Source: Chrysomallon squamiferum
Lineage: Eukaryota > Animalia > Mollusca
Direction: 5' to 3'
DNA length: 64,000 nt
Assembly: GCA_012295275.1 (NCBI GenBank)
Contig: CM022678.1
Span: 4,650,001-4,714,000, forward strand
Shown in pieces: positions 57,516 through 64,000 of this stretch. Within the stretch, counting starts at the first letter, position 1, and each line of letters begins with the position of its first letter. The position numbers and the translations under genes were made by a program. Below the pieces are notes generated by a model. The model was not told the origin of the DNA. It ran no database searches and worked only from the letters and a program-made list of their open reading frames with translations.

Positions 57516-59620
57516 CTATGGCATGATCACAGATGGTCTTATTTTCATAACTGCTCCTTTTAGTGGTTGACACCATCCTTTTCTCCATGCATACCACCAA
57601 ACTGAAGTCTTATTAGCCGTCATTACATATCTGTACTTTCCATTTAGATTGGAGTGAGAACAATGGTCGTACCACCAAGCTCCGTGATAAAACATAGCAC
57701 AGTTGAACTGTGACCTGTCCAGATCTTTGTCTTTTGTACTGAAATAACAGCCATCTTCATATGAGAGACCATTACCTGAAAAATAGTGATTAAATAACAT
57801 TTTATTATCTTCATGTTATTTTGGCAACACACTAATCAACGAAAATGCCTACATCTCTCTGTACATAAAAAAAATATATACATATCAATATAAAATTTTT
57901 CTGAATGTCTGAGTGCTAAAATAACTGCATAAATTTTTATAAGTTGTTAACTAGTTAACTGTTACCACTTTTGTGTTTATCTGTCTATCCATCCGTAATG
58001 AAAACCTCAATAAAATAGTCTGTCTTATAATAACAACCAGAATAACTGCATCATCACTATTACTACTACTATCATTATAACAACAACAGCAGCAACAACA
58101 ACAACAGCTAAATATGATATTAATACTGCCAATAATAATAAAAAGGAGAAGGTGAAAAAAATAAAATGTAGCTGACAAAAAAAGAAGAAGAACAAAAAAA
58201 ACAGTAATCGAAAGTTAACATAACATATCATCAAAGTAAATGATAAGAAAAAAGTAATATTATTATGAACGCATGTACCAGCAGTTCCACTGTAATTGGC
58301 AACTGACAACTGGAAATTCTTTTCTTCTCCTGCTATGGAGAAATTCTTGTAGGAGGCGTAGCCCGAGTATCCTTCAAAATCTTCTACATCTACCCTCAGT
58401 TCATAAAGTCCTTGAGTAGTCAGTCTGTGAATATTGGTGTTACCTAATAATAATAATAATAATAACTATGATGATGCTTATAATGATGATCATCAGTGTG
58501 ATGATGATGATAATATCAATACGAACAGCGATACTTGTGTTGGAAGAAATGTGACACAAACTGCGAATATAAGTTATATTTTCATTAAAAAAACATTTAT
58601 CTATTTCAGTATCAATTTGCATCAACAGGCCAGTGTCTCGAAAAGATAATCAAGTTTAAACATACCCAGCCAGAACTCATTGCGTAAATTTCCGAAACCG
58701 TCTGTGTATTCATTCCAAGTTCTGTAGAAATCTTCCGATCCGTCAGTTCTTCTCTGTAAAACCTCATTAAATAAGGAAACAGGTGAGTATGAACTTAGAT
58801 TGCGCAGTCTTTCCCAAATCGTCATATGATGGCGAGATATTAAACAATATATATATATACACACACACATACATACATACATACATACATACATACATAC
58901 ATACATACATACATACATACATACATACATACATACATACATAAAGTAACAAAGAAGGAAAACAAAAGAAACAAATATAATAATCTGTTGAATGTCGACT
59001 CTAAGATGTACCCAGATCAGTTAATTAAGAAGCAGAAACTCTGACTACAAATCTCCGAATCTGGAGAAATGGCATGCTGTAAAAGATAAATGATTCACCA
59101 CTTAACTTACGGTACACAAACTCTTACCTGATAGGGTTATCATACGAGCAGGCTTATATGTCTGTAAACGTGTTTCTAAGTCGGTTTTTGTCTAGATAAA
59201 GATATTCCTGACTTACCAGCCATCCTCCATTACTAATCTCACAGTAGACACTGATTGGCTTTCCACCGTCACGTGGTTGTACCAAATAAATCCCATTAGT
59301 CTGAATTCCTTTTTTGACGACATCGTAACAGTCAGCAGGTACATCGTTTTCAACATCTGCAAAAACAATTCACTGTATTCTGTGTAAATATTTATATCTA
59401 AAATGCGAACACCTAATAATAATAATCATAAGAGGAAGAAGAAGAAGAAAAAGAAGAAGAAGAAGAAGAAAAGAAGAAGAAGAATTCCTTACTTCACGAC
59501 ATCGTGACAATCAGCAAGTACAACATCTGTAATCAGAAATCAGTATTCTGAACATGTATTCTGAACAGTGTATTCTGAAATGTTTCTAGGTAAATACAAC
59601 CATATAATAATAATAAAGAA

Positions 59621-59697
<77 letters not shown>

Positions 59698-59739
59698 TAA
59701 TAATTATGATGATGATAATAATAATAATAATAATAATAA

Positions 59740-59770
<31 letters not shown>

Positions 59771-60201
59771 AAGAAAAGGAAAGAAAAGAAGAAAAAAAGA
59801 AGAAGAAGAAGAAGAAGAAGAAGAAAAATAAATCGAGAAATGTTATGAAAGAAAGATAATAATTTACCGAAACGTCGCATTCCCGAATAATTTTCAAATG
59901 TCGAACGAAAAACATCTTCACCGTATAACAAACAATTGTTGTCAGTGGTCGAATAGAAAATACTTCGACAGTCGGAAAGGCGATTACACTGTATACCACA
60001 CTCTAATGGTGTTGAAGTTGTCATTTCTTTTATGCCTTGGATGTTGGGTTTTACGTTCTGAAACAATCGTGATTCATGAAAGAAAGTTTGTACGGAGCCA
60101 GAAGCGGAACAGACATCTGAGGCAGCTGTTGTCTTAAACAGGATGAAAATAATGACTGCAAAGTCCTTCAGGAGAAACACACTAGAAGTCAGAGAAATCA
60201 T
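57516..60201 (-). CDS. Gene C': PAN + FReD protein, 331 aa
   Basis: Exons 60201-59868, 59356-59217, 58762-58666, 58443-58279, 57775-57516; open frame. Confidence 0.9.
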
Positions 60202-61178
60202 ACTTGATGTGGTCTTTCTCGTTTTCTTTGTGCTCTTTTTGAGAGAAATCACACTGTGGTTGTTCTTGTCGTCTTCACGGCAGTTGTGAGCTGGCTAATT
60301 GATCCTATGTTATTATCTCATCAGTTTTTAATGTATATAAACTGAAAGTGACAATCAACATTATTAAAATGCAGAGGATAGGTTAACTTATTCAACTAAT
60401 TCAGTCATGTGTTAACGGAAGATTAATTTAATTCGAAACACCGAGGTTTCATTCAAAAGAGGATTATGTATTATTAATTTGTAAAACAAAATCAAGCACT
60501 GACAACAGCAATAGTAAATTTACACTTGAATAAATATGCTCATACATGCATTTATACATACATACCTACACCGGAAACTTATATACATACGCAAATAAAG
60601 GTGCTATATTTCAAACATGGTTTCTCTCGATGTTTGAGTACAAAGTAAATTTTAAATTAGCTTTATTCTGAAGAAAAAAAAGGATATAAAAAATTGCGAA
60701 CATTGATGAATTATTTCGTAATAGACAGAGCAATATAACGGAAAAATCTATCTGTAATGAACTTTGGTTTTTCAATGCCTTTAAAACAAAAAATTATTCA
60801 ATATTTTAAAACACTGTAGTTAACTAGATTCACTCTGGAACTGATAATATGAATGAATGAATGCTTATATTTTATTGGCGAATGTCTTCCAATAAGATTA
60901 GTTAAGAATCTGACACTGGTCAACAGCAGTCTTTCTACAGATATGTCATTAAAGGAACATTCATTAAAGACGTATTCGTTCTCTGTATTGTTGATTCAGT
61001 AAGAAAATTATAAATATTTGTCTCTCTTAAATGACATTAAAACCAAATTCCGTTTATTTAGAGAACTAAAAAGTTTTAATTTTTTATGTCTACTTAATCA
61101 AAGACAGAGTGTGTTAGAGTGATGAAGCAAATAATAAAGTATTCTAGCAAAAAATGTTTCCGATAAAGCAGCGGTCAG

Positions 61179-61212
<34 letters not shown>

Positions 61213-61424
61213 TATGTAATAAGTAAGAAAATAAGGCCAAATGAAAACACACGCACACAGAGAATAAAAATAAAAATACTAAAAAAACTACACATATTAT
61301 TTTATTATTTTATTTATTTTAAGAAAATACTGAAAAGGGACACTTCACTAGAGTAAATAAGTGAACATGAAGTAGCTCGTCTCTTAAGAAGAAAACAACA
61401 ACACCAACTGACGCTTCAAGAACA

Positions 61425-61725
61425 ATGTCAAATACGTCTTCTGTGAAAATAATTTTTTCGTGTATGGCTCTGTGACTGCCGTCGTCTGGCCAATTTGGAA
61501 CCAGTTTTTATGAATCACGTTGGTTTAGTGATCGAAAAACCTTCGAAATATCAGTTAACAGAAGTAACGTTTTGAAGAAGGTTACAGTGTCCAACAAACG
61601 TCTTACAACATTTTTGGCTGTCGAACTATTTTCTATTCTTTCTGCGATAATATTTGTCCTTTCTCCTACGGTGACCATGTTCTTCTGCCAACCTTTGAAG
61701 ACCATCCAAGTAGGAAACATTACGG
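61425..61725 (+). pseudogene. Old PAN exon-1 remnant (duplicate of 26059-26360)
   Basis: Near-identical to 26059-26360. Confidence 0.7.
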
Positions 61726-61775
61726 TGAAAATGTTATTTTAATTATAATAATACTTCGCGAAAGAATGATCTCTC

Positions 61776-61853
<78 letters not shown>

Positions 61854-62084
61854 AACTAATCTTCAAAATTTGTTTGTTCTAAAGAATGACAAAAATAAAT
61901 TCACTCTGCAAAGCTGATGACCATTTTATTATGACGTCATTTCGTTTATACAAATTAAATATTACAACGAGAAACAAGTTGTCTGTTTGATCTTTAATAG
62001 CATTTTGCTTACTTTTAATATATATAATACATTGTTATATTATCTTATATTTATAACTATTTATTTTCATATTATGATATATCA

Positions 62085-63065
62085 ACATTAACAGTCCAAC
62101 ACGAATATTAAAAACACGAGATAGTCTTCACCGAAGTCATAGTTAACGTCGTGGTTGTTGGCACCGGGTAAGTCAGAGTGTTGTCGATATTGTCTTGTGC
62201 ACAAATAGATCGGAACTGTATTTGTCTTCAATATTGATTTATTGGAATACTCTTCGTTTTTTCCTTTTAGGAAACAAACTAATTACTCGTTTCCATTGTT
62301 TCAGTTAACAGACAAACAGGCGTGGATAAGTAATTCGTTGTACAAAAGGAACACGTTTTAATGAGTGCTTCGATGCAAATGTCGATATGAAATATATAAA
62401 TACTGACACAGACAATGTGTGATAGAATTAAACTTGAAGAAGTGAAGTGTTTCTTTTTTTTCTTGAGAAAACATTAGCATGTAATTGGTTTTCATGAATT
62501 GTTATGACTTATCTATATAATTTGTTCTGCAGTGATTATGTCGATAGAGTCTGAAAGCGAGTTATCTGTTTATATTTTTCTAATAGAAACGCAGATACAA
62601 TCAAAAAATAAATGTTTTATGTTTGCCTACACTCCAGTATAAAAGAGGAATTTCCACTGGTGCATGAAATTGGATGCTGCAAAATAAATGTAATAGATAA
62701 CATACAAGCCTTACTGTTATACATTAAATATTTAACTATAATTTCAATAATCATAATATAATCTATTTATATGTACTGAATCGTAATTAATATCTCAAAC
62801 ACTATACATTTTCTATAATCCATGGACTGCAGTTGTTTTGCAGTTATTATAAAACAGTTTCGTTTTCTTTTTCTTTTTCTAGCTACAAGTGTGATCACGT
62901 GATATCCAGCTTGTTATTGATGGTTCACAAGAATTAAGATTGAAATTATTGAAAAGCATTATAGTTTGAAATATTCAAAGAAAAAAGTTTCAAATGAATC
63001 ATAATGTAAATATTTATAAACTAATTTTCAAAACAAAGTAGAAAACAGAAGACATGGAATAATCA
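62085..63065 (-). pseudogene. Empty G-type locus (duplicate of 26740-27720)
   Basis: Same ATG-ACT-TCG-GTG-AAG-ACT-ATC start fused to 3' flank. Confidence 0.72.
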
Positions 63066-63174
63066 ACACCTGAATTGCAATAAAACTCTCGAACTTTGCA
63101 AATTTTGTTTAACCCATAATGATTACTAAATCGAACATCGAACAATTTTTAATTAATTTTTTTTTTTTTTTTTT

Positions 63175-63705
63175 AGTTACATGATATCCAGCGTGATTTC
63201 CAGCCTTTGTAAGCGAAACTGGTAATCGTCTTTCTGGATGATTCACAGCAGTTAAGACTGAAGCGACTGACAAGCAAAAATTGCGAGAGACGGTTAGTGG
63301 TTTAGCCTGGCGGTATGTGGTATTGCACTGTCATGTCGAAACAGAAAACCAGGATGCTGCTGCAGGAATGTTAATGACCACTGGTGTAGTGATCTCGTCG
63401 CAGTCGTGTTTCCGAGATCTCCTTCACCTGCACCATAAATGCCGGAACAGACAATGACGCCGGCACCGCCGTATCGGTCATTCTGAATAACGTTGTCTGC
63501 ATCATATCGTTCTCATACATGACGCCTGCCATCAGCAAACTGAACACAAAACCTGGATTCGTCTGTGAAGAAACGTCTGATCTCATTGTCTGCGTCGCCT
63601 GTGTTGATGTATTCTGGCCCCTTTGAGACTTTCCTGAAGGTGACGAGCTGTCAGGGGAACATCTACAACAGGGCGACGTGCTTGTAATTCAGCAGTATGG
63701 AGACG
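63175..63705 (-). mobile_element. Degenerate Tc1/mariner-type transposase fragment
   Basis: Near-identical to 27835-28365 (FTDES and HDSAIPHTAR motifs). Confidence 0.85.
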
Positions 63706-64000
63706 GTTACGGACATTAACAGTCCAACACGGATATTAAAAACATGAGATACTTTTCACAGAAGTCATAGTTAACGTTGTGGTTGTTGGCACCGGGTGTT
63801 GTCGATCTTGTCTTGTGCGCAAATAGATCGGAGCTGTATTTGCCTTCAATATTGGTTTATTGGAATACTCTTTGTCTTTTTCTTTTAGGAAACAAACTAA
63901 TTACTCGTTTCCATTGTTTCAGTTAACAGACAAATAGGCGTGGATAAGTAATTCGTTGTACAAAAGGAACACGTTTTAATGAGTGCTTCGTCGCAGCTGT

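Larger units (their letters stand above)
51430..63790. repeat. ~12-kb direct duplicate of ~16180-28450 (offset ~35.3 kb)
   Basis: Colinear B/B' (17684/52957), C/C' (22155/57516), PAN remnant, CT repeat, empty G locus and Tc1 fragment (28027/63371). Confidence 0.92.

Overview
AT-rich, microsatellite-dense animal genomic DNA (mollusc, possibly cephalopod; inferred from composition and gene type only), with one 200-N gap at 11023-11222. Most of the window is a rearranging cluster of five-exon genes for secreted proteins of about 325-330 aa. Each has a signal peptide, one PAN/Apple-like domain (exon 1) and a fibrinogen-related domain (FReD, exons 2-5), with no collagen, coiled-coil or Ig segment. 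I spliced eight copies by hand into open frames (A, B, C, D, F, G, B', C'). About ten pseudogenes or remnants are also present. Divergence is concentrated in the last exon (the P-subdomain, the ligand-binding part in ficolins): all 12 exon-5 substitutions between the youngest duplicate pairs are non-synonymous. PAN and FReD exons are combined in mosaic fashion between copies. The cluster is built from ~4.45-kb tandem units, a ~12-kb direct duplication offset by ~35.3 kb, and several inverted duplications. Also present: degenerate Tc1-like transposase fragments (3 copies) and an unrelated secreted repeat-domain gene that runs into a 45-bp minisatellite and the gap. Most short ORFs in the supplied track are microsatellite artefacts.
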